NCBI RefSeq assembly: GCF_011386835.1
Contig: NC_088797.1
Location: 110,670,001-110,734,000 of the forward strand
Source: Chrysemys picta bellii
Lineage: Eukaryota
Direction: 5' to 3'
DNA: 64,000 nt
The notes below the pieces were generated by a model, which ran no database searches, was not told the origin of the DNA, and saw nothing but the letters and a program-made list of their open reading frames with translations. Below, in pieces: positions 11,861 to 25,834 of this stretch; position 1 is the first letter of the stretch; the number at the start of each line of letters is the position of its first letter. A program made the translations under genes and the position numbers.

Positions 11861-13244
11861 CGGTTACTTATCCCCCTATGAAGCACAGGCTATTGAGAGG
11901 TGAACCCTCCATCAAATGGGGTTTCAACCCATCCAGATCAAGCAAATATAGAATTTCATGCAAGATTTCCAACTTGTTTTCTGATCCATGAAGGTTCATA
12001 TAGGGATCTGAACTATTCAGCTGGAATGTTTATCAAATATTATTGGTTTTGCTTTTCACTTCTTACTTTGCAAGGGAGACATTTTTGCTTTTATCTTTAA
12101 CTAAATGTATACATAGTGGACACGTTCTAATAACCTATTACATTTGTATTGCTTCAGAAATCCACCCCTTTCCTCTTCCATAGGTCCTTCCTGAGCAAGT
12201 ATCAAGATAACTATGTAGCCATTGTGTGTGCAGGGAAATGCAATAGATTGCTTACAAACAGATGTGACCTTAAACAACAACAAAAACATTCAGGTTGCTT
12301 TGGCAGAGGCCTTGAAAAGTGAAATTCTGTTTTGGAAAAAAAAAAAAAAAATCTGAAACTTTTAGATCTACTGCAGTTGTGATTTTTTTTTTTAAACTAC
12401 TCATTCATGTGAAAATCAAATAATCTTGATGCTTTTAAAACCAGTAGGATTGGTATGCATGTATATGCATATGGTCTGTATTTTATTATACAAATTTTCA
12501 TGGTTAAAATGGTATTGTGTTAATTAAATAAATACCTGTATTATGTTGCATTTAGTTTTACACAAATCCTTTGGGAAGCAGTTGCTTTAAAAAAAAAAAA
12601 AAAAAAAAAAAAGAAAAAAGTTACTTTCTTCCATACAGGATATTTTTGGTTTCTACCTTCATTCTATCTCAGCTGGAAACCTCTTTTACCAGTACCCAGC
12701 TGAGGAAGACTGAGTTAATGGCTCTAAAACATCCTGGAAAAAACAACTATTTGGATAGTAGAGGAGGATGAAAGATGTGGGAGAAAGGAACAAAATGTGT
12801 AGTTCTCCGTGGAATGCCAATGACTGGTAGATAGTTTTACATATTTCTTGTTGCCCTAGGATAGTACTCTTGCACGATGTTTCAGATCACTTTCTCAGCT
12901 GTTTTCTAATTACAGGGTTTTTGTTTGTGGATAGTATATCACAGTGTATACAGTAAAGTGCATCAGCAGTCAATACTGACCACTAAATGCTGTCACGCTG
13001 CTACTCAGGGAAGAGTAAAACATCCGTTTACACCCTGCTTTCACTGTATTGAATTGCTGTGGAGATAGACATCAACAAACTGTCTTTAAAAACAAAAACC
13101 CTGCTTTGTTTTATGTTGTCTTACTGGTTCTTCATTAAATATTACTGGCGGATCTTCATTTTTTTCCTCCAGAGTTACAGTGCATAGTACTGTTCACCAG
13201 ACACTGTGTACCATATTCTCATTTTTGCGCACACAGTCCAACCA

Positions 13245-14114
13245 AAGCCTCAATCCTGCAATGAGTTCCATACAAATGCAAGAGTCTATATAGGGTTGCC
13301 AACTTTATACTCGCACAAAACTGAACACCCTTGCCCTGCCTCTTGCTCATTTTCAGCGGGCTGACTCGGGGTTGGGGTTCAGGATGGGGTGAGAGCTGCA
13401 GCTGGGTTTGCAGGCTCTGGGGGGGGTTAAGGTAAAGGAGGGGGCTCTGGGCTCTGCTGAGGGGTTCAAGGTGCGGGGGGGGGGGGGGTCCTCTGGGCTG
13501 GAGCAGGGGTTGAGGTGCGGGGGGCTGTGAGGGCTCCAGATGGGGTTGCAGGCTCTGGGATGGGGCTGGGGCTGAGGGGTTTGAGGTGCAGGAGGGTGCT
13601 CCAGGCTGGGACTGAGGGGTTCAGCGTGTGGGAGAGGGATTAGGGCTGGAGCAGGAAGTTGGGGCACGGGGGGGTGTGAGGGCTCCAACTGGGCGTGCAG
13701 GGGCTGGGGATGAGGGGCTTTGGGTGCAGGAGGGTGCTCCGGGCTGGGATCGAGGGGTTCAGAGGAGGGGAGGGGATGCAGGCTCTGGGCGCCACTTACC
13801 TTCGGCAGCTCCTGGAAGCAATGCCATGTTCCTCCAGTGGCTCTGCGCACTGTCCTGTTCCTGGCCAATAGGAGCTGCGATGGTGGTGCTTGTGGTGGGT
13901 GCATTGCCAGAGCCCTGGCTGCCCCTACGCTTAGGAGCCGGATGGGGGACTCGCCGCTGCTTCTGGGAGCCACACACAGCCAAGGCAGGCACCTTAGTCC
14001 CGCTGCGCTGCTGACCGGAGCCACCAGGGTCCCTTTTCAATTGGGTGTTTCGGTCTCAAACTGGATACCTGGCAACCCTAAGTCTATATGAAACTCATTG
14101 CTGGTTTGGGGCCT
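13245..14114. mobile_element. Short palindromic MITE split by a hAT insertion
   Basis: Arms aagcctcaatcctgcaatgagttccata (13245-13272) and tatgaaactcattgctggtttggggccta (14087-14115) are imperfect reverse complements. Confidence 0.65.
13291..14080. mobile_element. Non-autonomous hAT element with GC-rich internal tandem repeats
   Basis: TIR TAGGGTTGCCA/TGGCAACCCTA; perfect 8-bp TSD AGTCTATA (13283-13290, 14081-14088). Confidence 0.92.
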
Positions 14115-17100
14115 AATGGAGCTGCATGCAAAGGATTTGCTGGGTCTGGGGGAAAATAATGTAAAGCACTAGCTTGGTTTTTAGCCTAAAATGAAAGCTT
14201 TTATCACTTCACGTTGTTGGAAGCGCTATTATAGGCCTGACACAGGTTTTCTTATCACTCTCTTAGCTGATTAAGCAACACAGATAAAGATGAAAATTAA
14301 AGGTGGAAAGTCATTGTGAAGGAAACATCTAAGGTAGTGCAGTGATAGTTTTTCTGATGAGGCACCGAGTGATACCAATTACATTTTAAATGTAATTAAA
14401 TAAAACATTGGTGTTTGTTGAACATAGATACAGCTTCATGTAGTGTTTGGGCAAAGTAGCATCATTTGCCCGTGGGAAACCAGATGGAATCCTGTTCTGC
14501 TCCTACAGGAAAAACGCCTCTAGGGCGGTTTAATACATTTGTTTTTTGAAACACTGCTGCTCAATGCTACCTTTTTATGGTCAACTGAAGCCTCTTTAGA
14601 AAAAAATACAAAAACATACAGTTCTAGTTGTGCTTTTCTAAATGTATATGCAGAGTCTGTTCCTTATACCAAGCTGAACATAACTGGAGTATAAAACAGC
14701 TGACATAAAAGAAAATAAATACATTTGTGACTTTGTAAACCAGTCTGCTTGAATCAGCAATGAATTAAATGCTTGTTACACAGCTTTTTGTGGGCCTCTC
14801 TGCTCCCTCTTATGTGACCAAGTCTCCTATTCATTACAGCTTTTTTCCTCTGAGGAAATAACCAAACTAGTGGTCATGTGTCTGAAAACAGACACCTTTG
14901 GCCGTAAGTGAATATGCTTATTTAAGCATTAGAGAGTTCAACCTCAAATACTATACATTTGTATGGCATGGACTTGCTACTGTACTAGTTATCTACCTGG
15001 CAACATTTACTAGGGTAATGCCTAACTCACAGGACAAATTTCTTCTGAAATGCTTTATTAAACTTTGTTGTTTGGAGTGTGTATTACTTCTGTGCTATAT
15101 TAATGGATATTTTCTTGATAGAGGAGGGAAAACTCCACTTAAATCTTCACATTTGTTGTCTTTTGTACAAGACTGATAATTTGTTTATGAATACACATTA
15201 AACACACAAATTCCCATGTAGTTTTTCAGAGATTTTCAAACTCATTTGTATAGTCTATAAGTAATTTCAAATAAAATAAAATATCTGGCAAATGTAAACG
15301 CTCCGTCTGTCTTGTGTGAGTGGTATATGTTTATAAATAATCATATGAATTAGTCATTCAGTGATAAGTTAAAAACTCTAGAGATTAAATTTTTACATCA
15401 TTCGTGTTTGGGCATGTGCATTAGGAGTAAGCTTACAAATTTACCTTAAATTTACCTTATGTTAAATTTTTTTGGCTTATGACTACCTTCCTGTGGAACT
15501 TTTTACAGTAACTGTGTAATCTTATTAATTTGTGTGTTACGGTCTAACGAGGCTAAACTGTAGTAAGACAATGCATTAACTTTCCACTTTGTACCGTTAT
15601 TTCTGTTTTTTTAAAAGATTGCTGAATTGCAAAGGAAATCTGCAGGGGTTAATGGCTCCAGAGTTATTAGGAGCAATTTGACTACTGCTGTCAAAGAGAG
15701 CTGCCAAAAAGATTAATTCGAGATCACCATAACAAGCCTGAGATAAACTGTCCTGTGAATGATACACTGGAGAGAAGTTTATCATGTCTAATGCATGACC
15801 CTACGCAGTCATAAACTCACTGATTACAACAGAACTCTTAAATCTTCTTTGTAGGCTTATTCGTGAACTCCATGGCAACTATAAAGCAATTCACATGAGC
15901 ACAATGAGAACCATACTCTGTGATTTATATAGCCAAAGCTTTGATTATTTTTTTTTTTAGTACCATAAGCAGAGTTTACATTTCAGAAGTCACTGAGTCG
16001 TCCCACACCTGATGTGATGGGATACAGCTCCATTTTTTAGCATTGATAAAAATTTTCAAGTTCTGTAAACTGGTTTTGTCATTTTGAGAAAGTATAAGAA
16101 ATTTGGCAGAATATTGAATATATTTCTCAGGTTATAATGAGCAACTGATTAATGTTGTATCGTCATAGCTCAGATTCATTTAATAATCCATTAGATTGGG
16201 TCATTTTTTGGATGGTCCCATAAGGACACTATTAATCTCTCTCTTGTGTGTATGTCTTTCTCTACACATCTTGATATTTCTTTTTACCACATTAAAGAGA
16301 AGTTGGGAAGAACTGCCATAATTGATTACATTGGTTGTCATACTAACAAAGATATTTGCACCTTTGCCCTCTCAGACAATGATTTCTCCACCTCTGGCTC
16401 TTGGGCCATGTGAGGTTGTTGGTAGCCCTGCACATGGCTATTTTCACAATAATGGGTGAGACATTTTGGCATCAAAGGTCTGGTGTTCTAGAAAGAAAAT
16501 GGCAATTAAATACAATCTCACACACACAGACATAGGTGGTAGACCCATCCTTACAACCAGATTTACTGAATCTAGTGACACTTTGAATACTGTATCACTC
16601 ATTTAGCTGTAGATAATATAGCTCACATTGTATCCTTTTTGATTTTTCTGGTTTGATGATTGTATTCATTATAATTGTTTTCATTAGGCAACATTGGCTA
16701 GTGGATTTTATTGGGGCTGGAAGCCAGGAACTCCTGCTACTCCTGCCCCTGCTTCCCATCGTGGCCTTCACAGTAGGAGTTGGCTGACATATCTTGTAAT
16801 CTACACAAAAAAAAGCTTTCTCTTCCTCTTTCAGTAAAGATTGAATAGCAGATGCTGTAATGAGGTCTGATCATACTAAAACTTTGTTAGTATACTACAG
16901 TACCTTTCTGGGAAGTATAATAAACTTAATCTATGACTAACAATATAAATTAACACACGGGTCATGTTGTGATGCATTATTTTTATGTTTGAGTTTGTTT
17001 ACTTGCTAATTTGCACAGTATGTGTCCCAGTCCATGCAAATTAGTGAGATTTTAATGTTGGAAATGTTCAGCTAGTCCAGCTGTTTAGCTGGCAATATAT

Positions 17101-17329
17101 CCTAGCGTTTAAAAGAATGATTAACTGAGTGGCAGCACAGCAGCATTGTCTGAATAGGAACTCAAGTCCTAAGGCTACCCATGCTGGCCAGGTCCAAATG
17201 CAGAGGGTTTAGGTAGGATGATACCACATTTGCAAATCATGGCACATGCTACACAGTTTATATACATTTTTCTTACCTACTAACATCTATTCTTCTTGAA
17301 TCTAATTGGTTTGGACATCATAGGGTTTA

Positions 17330-18501
17330 CAGTAAGCTGCCACGGGATAAGAGGGAAGGTGCTCTCATGGATTGGTAACTAGTTAAAAGATAGGAAACAA
17401 AGGGTAGGTATAAATGGTCAGTTTTCAGAATGGAGAGAGGTAAATAGTGGTGTCCCTCAGCAGTCTGTACTGGGTCCAGTCCTATTCAACATATTCATAA
17501 ATGATCTGGAAAAAGGGATAAAATTTGCAGATGATACAAAATTACTGAAGATAGTTAAGACCCAGGCAGACTGTAAAGAGCTACAAAAGGATCTCTCAAA
17601 ACTGGGTGATTGGGCAACAAAATGGCAGATGAAATTTAATGTTGATAAATGCAAAATAATGCACATTGGAAAGCATAATCCCAACTATACATATAAAATG
17701 ATGGGGTCTAAATCAGCTGTTACCAGTCAAGAAAGAGACCTTGGAGTCATTGTGAATAGTTCTCTGAAAACATCCACTCAATGTGCAGCGGCAGTCAAAA
17801 TAGCGAACAGAATGCTGGGAATAATTAAGAAAGGGATAGATAATAGGACAGAAAATATCATGTTGCCTCTCTATAAATCCATGGTATGTCCACATCTTGA
17901 ATACAGTGTGCAGATGTGGTTGCCCCATCTCAAAAAAGATATATTGGAATTGGAAAAGGTTTGGAAAAGGGAAACAAAAATTATATGGGGTATGGAACGG
18001 CTTCCATAGGAGGAGAGATTAATAAGATTGGTACTTTGCAGCTTGGAAAAGAGACGGCTAAGGGGAGATATGATTGAGGTCTATAAAATCATGATTGGTG
18101 TAAAGAAGGTAGATAAGGGAGTGTTGTTTACTACTTCTCATAACACAAGAACTAGGGGTCACCAAATGAAATTAATATGCAGCAGATTTAAAACAAATAA
18201 AAGGAAGTATTTCTTCACACAACGCACAGTCAACCTGTGGAACTCCTTGCCAGAGGATGTTGGAAGGCCAAGACCATAACAGGGTTCAAAAAAGAACTAG
18301 ATAAATTCATGGAGGATAGGTCCATCAGTGGCTATTGGGCAGGAATGGTGTCCCTAGCCTCTGTTTGCCAGAAGCTGGGAATGAGCGACAGGGGATGGAT
18401 CACTGTTCATTCCCTCTGGGGCACCTGGCACTGGCCACTGTTGAAGACAGGATGCTGGGCTAGATGGTCCCTGGGTCTGACCCAGTAGGGCCGTTCTTAT
18501 G
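17330..18501 (+). mobile_element. CR1 LINE 3' part (PsCR1-like), 5'-truncated, disrupted ORF2
   Basis: GVPQQSVLGPVLFNIFINDL, KFADDTK and MKFNVDKCKIMHIG...RPHLEYSVQMW RT motifs; 3' end gccgttcttatg. Confidence 0.95.
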
Positions 18502-21099
18502 TAAGGTTCTTTGCAGATTGCTTATGGCCCAATTTCTTATGTCCTCACTTTATCTACATTTCAAATTTATAATTTCAGGGTATTTGACTTATCTCAACTA
18601 GCCCCAAAACACTATCTCTAGCACAATAGTATATTACACTTTTGTTTAAAGTTTAACCATGCACTGAAATCAAACTGCCTGTCGCACTCTTGTTTACAGT
18701 TTAACATTGTACTCAAACCAAGCTATGTGCAAGTTTACTCATGTCCAGCAACATCTATGCCTGCAATCAGTAGTTGTGAATATATTCTAGGATAAAACAA
18801 AGACATCTCTTTATGAGAATACAAAGCTGTAGGGTGCTTTGAACTGAAACATGATCTGAGTTATTTGTAGTGTTTACATTTGTGGTTAAATTAATCTGAA
18901 AATGGACTTTGCATGGGGGCCAAAATGGTACAGAGGTTTCTGTGCCTGTTATGTACAGCTGCTGCAGAAGCTTGATGGACAAAAGTTTTGTTTTATTTTG
19001 TTTCCCATATTAAATAGAGGAAATGGTGCATAGAGAAAGAAATAGGTTACAGGAATTAGAAGGAAATCCAGGACAACTTTTCCTTCACAGATGATCGTAA
19101 TTAGTTGTGTTTAGATAATAGCAGAGAATCATTATAGAACTTATTCCATAGTATCCTATGGTAGCTGAAATTTATTCAGGCCCATATAATTTAAAAGCAA
19201 AATCACAGTCCAAGTGCCCTAATATTAGAGGCGCTGCATTCCAGTCCAAGACTGTGGAGTCAGGCAAGCTCTTGGCTGGTGCCTTGTTTTCAATAATAGC
19301 ATCATGAGGGCAATAGAGCTTTGACATACTGTACCAAACAGGGCCCCAGACAGAAGAATCAGTGGAGACGTTAAGTATTTTTGTTACAATTTAAAAAAAG
19401 TTTTGATTAATTCCAATTAAACAGTTCCCAAAGGCTCTTAGACATTACCGGTACTTTACTAGTAAGATCTGGAAGCTTGGCAAGCTGTTGTCTTTGCTTT
19501 CAAAACATGAGGTGAAGTCTTCTACAGAAACACACTGCGGTTTCCAGACAGTGCCTAGGGCTTTTGAATTACCATAAATGAAGTTTAAAAAATGTACTTA
19601 ATTTTCTCTTTATTCAGTTACTTAATGTTTTTCAGCTGTATAATTAAACTGTATTAGAAACGAAAGAATTTAAAGTGTTTCAGTTCTGAACACAATTGGC
19701 AATATCCATTTGTGTTGTATGGTGTGTAGAATATTTCTGAGATTTTTATAGTATTTTTTTTTCTTGGATAGTGTGTATGATATGTTCTCTTCCTTTCCCT
19801 CCCCAATTAAAAATGGTGAGTAGTTGGGACATGTTTGCATAAGTAAGAAGGGTGGTAGAATGGGGAGGAAAGAGGTTTAGAATGACACTGTTAACTAGCT
19901 GAACAAAGTTGCTTGGAGCAGAAGTACAGTGGAACTGATTTGTTCATCCCAGCACAAATATATTATTTCATGGGTAGGCAATGAAGAGAGGAAAGAATGA
20001 ATGTTTTATTCTGCTGACCTACTGATTTTGTGGGTTTAAAAACTACTGTTCTAAAAGACAACTTACAACAAATACATAAGAGACAATCCCCCAGCTATGT
20101 TGTTGCTTATTTTTTTCCATTATACCCTCTTACTAGCCAGTGTAATTCTGTTTGCTACAGGTAACTGTTGTTTAATTGTCTACTGGTGGTGTGGTGTGTT
20201 TGATAATACTAAAAGGGATAACAATCCTTCTAAAAGCCAATATATTATGTGTTTAAGTGCTGGCCAATGAGAATGGAAACCAATTTTGCTTTTCCCCACA
20301 ACCTCAATTTATAAGCTTTGTATTGATGATTAAGACATTAAATAAAATGCTTAGATTAAGAGTACTGAAAGAAAAGGTTGGTGTGGTGGGCTGGAGGTAG
20401 CCACTTCTGAGTTCTGCCTTTCACTCCTCCCTCCAGAAGGACCTGAGGATGCTGTGGAGTATAGGCAGCCAATTTCCTAGGGGGGAAATGAGCCTTAAAT
20501 TGGCTCCACAATGATTCTTAATAAGTCAGGAGTGGAATTGATGGGACTGCAGAGGTAGCAGTGATCTAACTGTAACCATAACAGTGTGATATTTTGTGGG
20601 GGATTCTCCTAGTAAATAATTCTGTAGCTTTGGTAGAGATATTGCACTATCTGTTTGTAAGGACTTACTAAAACTCTGCATTTTAGAATCTAAACTGACA
20701 TTTCCTTCCAAGGAGACCCTTTTCTGTTTGTTTTGTTTGTTTTTTGATGCTGATGACAGTGGCTTTTGTAAAATAGCTGCCTGATCAATAGGCGATGATG
20801 AAGGGACTTCACATGATTGATGGCCTTCCTTATCACATGGCTGAATGAATTGTTAGCCCCAAAATAACTGGATTAGAGATGGGACCCACTTCTTGGTATA
20901 GTTCTAGGTCCACAGCATGTTTTACTTTGTGATCTGTACTGTGGAAACAAGTTTGTGTCATTGCCCACCACTGAAAACCCACATTCAACCTTTTATATGT
21001 TCTTTCAAAACAATATGCTTTGGGATGGAGAAAATTTAGGATTGCCACAAAAGTATCTTATCTCTGTGGTACAATAAGAACTAGATGCTCTGTAAGATG

Positions 21100-21130
<31 letters not shown>

Positions 21131-21415
21131 CTGATCCTTCTATGTGCTGATTGCATTTTTTAGAAGAGCAATGAAAAGAAATAATGGGTGTGAACCTTTC
21201 CTGAGAGAGACTTAAAATTGTGAACATTGTCCTTTTTGGGGATTTATGAATTTTTTCCCTTAGGTTTAGGGTTAAATCTTTGCTACCCGTCTTGGGCTGT
21301 TTGGGCTCAATCCTCAACTGCGTTGTGTTAGCCAAAGAGTCCACTCAAACTATGATTCCATTTCAGCACAATAAGACTCCTTAATTCGAAACAGTTATAT
21401 CTATATAAGGAGCTA

Positions 21416-21589
21416 CACCTCTACCCCGATATAACACGAATTTGGATATAACGTGGTAAAGCAGCGCTCCGGGGGGGCGGGGCTGCGCACTCTGGCGGAT
21501 CAAAGCAAGTTCGATATAATATGGTTTCACCTATAACGCGGTAAGATTTTTTTGGCTGCCGAGGACAGCGTTCTATCGGGGTAGGGGTG
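21416..21589. mobile_element. Tc1/mariner (Tigger/pogo-like) MITE
   Basis: TIR CACCTCTACCCCGATA / TATCGGGGTAGGGGTG with TA on both sides; second copy at 29365. Confidence 0.88.
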
Positions 21590-23419
21590 TACTTATAAAC
21601 CAGTTTACACTACTACATCAGTTGAATAGTATACAATGAGCATTCATTCAAATATTTTATTACATTATGATTGCTCTGTAATCTAGCAAGATGACCGGAA
21701 CTACCTCTGCTTAGAGATAAAGACGTGCTTAAGTGTTTTTGCTGGATTAGGGTATAAGTTTGTTTTAGTACAATTAGGGGAAGATAGTTTTCTTCTTTGG
21801 TTTTCCGACTCTGTGAAGCCGAAGCCTTATACTTATACAGTACAGCACAGATACTAAAATTGTGCAAGTGTACTTCTATTTTTTAATATACACTTACTCA
21901 TCATTGTGTTGTAGATATGTTTTTCAATATATTCTTGAAATACCATAAACTCTCTTGGTGTCATGAGGATTTAAGTAACATATAGTATAGTTGGTGGTTT
22001 AACTCATTTGTGTGCAACTTATTTTTTTTATTTTGTTATGGCAGTTTAAGAAAAAAGAGAACAGATGTAAAGCTGCTGAAATAAAAAACAAAAGAAATAC
22101 AAAGTAGTAACGTCTTGACTTACTGTCTATTGGGATACATAAAGCTTACTTAAACAGAAATTTTCCAAACATGTAAGTAGACATATTCTAAGGCCCAGAG
22201 TATTTCTGAGCTAACTGTAGCTAGTGGTAAAACACAATAGTAAATTATTCTAGTCATTCAGGAGAGTGTTGTTGAACCCAGGCCGTCTTGTATTTATGTC
22301 GTCACTTGGCAGAAAAACATCTAATATTTTCTTTCTTTTTTTAAAAAAAAAGTGAGTAGTAGGATTTCTGAACTTACTCCAGTCTTACCATTTATATCAC
22401 TTTACTACTAATTATCAAAGTTAAAATCATAAATCCAACTTGATAAATGTTGAAAAATCTCAGTATTAAACACTTTGTTTTTAGTGCAGGAGACAGAATT
22501 GATTAACATGAGTAGAAGTTTAGAAAACAAGGCAGTTAAAAAAATTATACAATGCAAAGACCTTTTATATATTTAATACATTACGTCCTAAGGCAGTCAG
22601 CATTCTCTCCAAAATAGCTTGGCATAAATGCAATACATTTATCTTCTTGCTTATTTCTGGCCATATTTTTTGCACACCATTCCTACAATTGTTTACTATT
22701 CTAATAATTGGATTCCTTTCCCTTATCATACGTTTAGCATAGTCCGAAAGAGACTCAAATGGGTACAAGTCCAGAGACTTTGGGGCCCCAATATCCCAAC
22801 ATTTATTGTAGCATCTAATAATGTTGCATTCTGCATTTCAAGTTCGTCTCACTAAAGTTGAGTTCACAATTTGCTTTGTGCTGTTTTAGATCTTTGAGCA
22901 GTTACAGTAGGTACATTTGTTGAGCCACAGGAAGGCCATGATGCTGGCTGTTTTGGGTATTTTAAGTTTTGGGAACCTAATGACGTATCTTGACTTTTAT
23001 TCTTGGCGTAGGTTTTGTCGGACTGATTGATGTGGCTGTTTTTTACCCTAATCAATGATCAGTTAGCTTTGACTCAGGTGTTTGTAAATTTTTATTTTCA
23101 GTCTCTGTGGTTTTGAGAGCCTCAACGAAGTAGAATGGCTTTATACCATAATACTCTTTTGCAGACAAATAGGTTATGTAAGAAAAGAGTTTATTGAACA
23201 CATTTTACGAACAAGCGGTGGCTAAAGTTAGAATGTTCAGCTAAATAAACATTAATTTGCTCTGTAAAAGGCAGTTCTTCTAAAATACACATCACTGATG
23301 GTCTAAAATGTAAGTTCTGATTTGTACCAGTACTTTCATTTATCATTTAACTTGCTGCTTTTAAGGTTCAGAATCAAAACAGTGGAACCTCTAACTACAT
23401 TCAAATTGGCAGGGGATGG

Positions 23420-24150
23420 AGATAGCACCCTCAGGAAGCCTTCCTGCCTCTTGAGGGAGTGTCAATGAACTTTGGGAAGAGAGCATGCAGCATGACTGTA
23501 AATAGGACTGTAAATAGAAAGGAGAGAGAGCCCCATAGTTATCCATCAGTTCTTGAATTCAAGGGGCCAGAGCTTTTGAAATCATAGACTGTTGAATCCT
23601 TCGGCCAAGGGGATTGAGGTCTCTGGGAAGTGAATATAGGTGAGAAACATGCTTAGGCAAAGATTGTAACTTGCTGAAGTTGAGTTTGTGTTAGAAGAAT
23701 ATTTTTACATTTTGTTTGTACCCTTTCAGTCTTTACTCCTCATGCTTGGTATTGCTTAAACCTGTGACTTTTTGTTTTATAAACTTGTTTTAGTGTTAAA
23801 TAGAATGCTGTGACTGAAATAAGAGTGTTTGTCAAACCCCAGTTAAATTAATAAGTTGCAGTGTATTGTCCCTTTAAAGGAGCAACAAATGAAAAAACTC
23901 CTGTGTGTTCCAGGAGAGGGCTGGATACTACTAAGGCAGACTGTTTGGGGAAATTTGATCCTGGGGGTGGTGTTTGGGGTCAGTCTACAAAAAGTAACTG
24001 GTTGGTGGAAGCAAAGGTGTGACCTGTATGCTTGTTGCAGGCTATTGGTGTCAGGGCTGTGAGCAAGATAACATTTCAGGTATCCAGAGTTGTAGGGCAG
24101 GTGGTGACACAACCCCTTACTAGTCTGGCTTGAACCTCAAAAGCATTGTA
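23420..24150 (+). mobile_element. Probable degenerate solo LTR
   Basis: LTR-like organisation (tataaacttgtttt signal-like motif; 3' part gggcaggtggtgacacaacccc...) resembling turtle Gypsy LTRs from memory. Boundaries approximate. Confidence 0.45.
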
Positions 24151-24261
24151 TATATTTGAGATCAGCTGAGCTGAGAATTTTACTCATGTTTTAATACCTT
24201 ATGGCTAAACAGAAATAATCATTGTTTAAAATCAACATTTGTTGGTGCTTTATATAATTAA

Positions 24262-24459
24262 TTAATAATAATAATTAATGGAGATATCCCATCTCCTAGA
24301 ACTGGAAGGGACCTTGAAAGGTCATCGAGTCCAGCCCCCTGCCTTCACTAGCAGGACCAAGTACTGATTTTGCCCCAGATCCCCAAGTGGCCTCCTCAAG
24401 GATTGAACTCACAACCCTGGGTTTAAGCAGGCCAATGCTCAAACCACTGAGCTATCCCT
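24262..24459 (-). mobile_element. tRNA-derived SINE with CR1 3' tail (tortoise polIII/SINE type)
   Basis: Minus-strand head agggatagctcagtggtttgagc...gagttcaatcc (A and B boxes), CR1-like tail, (TTA)n end. Confidence 0.9.
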
Positions 24460-25688
24460 TATAATATATTATTGATTACCACAAATATATGCATCAGACA
24501 TCCATGACTTGGCATAAACTGTAAAAGGTTTTTTTATGCATGTAAGACAGTATGGAACTAGCCATTCAAAATACTATTTATTTTCCATAAGTGTTGGCAA
24601 GCAAATCTACAGTTCCAAAAATATTAAGGGTGGGATTTCTAAAATCCACCTAAGAGACGTAGGATTTAGGATGGGACTTGTGAAACTAAGTCACTTAAAT
24701 GCTTCTGAAAAATCCCAATTTAAGTGCATGGCATGCCTTAATCTGATGCCTACATCTCCCTGGGGTTGGGGGCGGGGGGCATGGATAAAACCTAAAGACA
24801 GCTATAAATTACTCTAATATTTATTATGCTTCCAAATAAGAACTCCGGTTGAATAAGTGGGTGGACATGGAGGTAAGCTTTCTCTTTAAATGTGCAATTA
24901 TACATTTGACATAAAGTAGGCTACCATTGTATTTGCACATATAAATAAATCATAATTTGTTTGAAGTGTGCAATAGTGGCCTTTAGTTTCCTCAGAATCT
25001 TATTGCAAATCTTTATTTTTTAAATTGCCTTTCTATTAATTCATAATGTCAAAAAGCACTAAAAATATGCAGCTATTAGCCAAAGAAAATATATATAAAA
25101 ATGTAAAAACATATTTACTATGATTTACATAGGACTAATTACCATAAACCTTTTTTTCCCCATGTCTAATCTAATAGCAAGTTCTTTTCAAGTGAATGTA
25201 ACTCACAATATTGTTTGAATTTTAAATTTAGTTTATCTCAGTGTCCAAGTAAATGATCATCATTGTTTTGCACTGACAAATTACTTGATGTTCAGTAAGG
25301 ACAAAAAGTGAGACTGATCTGCTCTATATCAAAGAATCAAAAGGCCTTAATCCTGGAAGGGGATCTTTATGGATACACAATAAATGCAAAAAGATCCTTT
25401 TTCAGGCTCAGGTTACAAAAGGTAGACATGTGGCTCAAACAAAGATGTAGGAAAAAATGGAGTTGTGTAGGCTCTTAAAGGTGACTCTAAGCTACTTAAA
25501 TGCAGATTTACTTTCAAAGAGCCCTGTAGCTAATCAGCTATTAAACCTGAATGAGCTTCTAAAACCACTTTGTACTCTGACAGTTTTGCATACATGTACC
25601 TGCTGCTTGTGTTTATGTATTGTGTATGTGCAATGTATAATACCCAATGATTATTTTCATTTTTGCTGGATACAAGAAAAGAACCCCT

Positions 25689-25834
25689 NNNNNNNNNNNN
25701 NNNNNNNNNNNNNNNNNNNNNNNNNNNNNNNNNNNNNNNNNNNNNNNNNNNNNNNNNNNNNNNNNNNNNNNNNNNNNNNNNNNNNNNNNNNNNNNNNNNN
25801 NNNNNNNNNNNNNNNNNNNNNNNNNNNNNNNNNN
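25689..25834. other. Assembly gap (N run)
   Basis: Run of N. Confidence 1.

Noticed and set aside
13353-14024. 223-aa Pro-rich ORF and overlapping ORFs
   Set aside because: Entirely inside a hAT MITE with GC-rich tandem repeats; open on several frames simply because stop codons are scarce.
22565-22835. ~90-codon open frame on the minus strand
   Set aside because: No recognisable domain, splice sites or codon signal.
24380-24459. tRNA-like sequence (also 40360-40435)
   Set aside because: SINE heads fused to CR1 tails, not functional tRNA genes.
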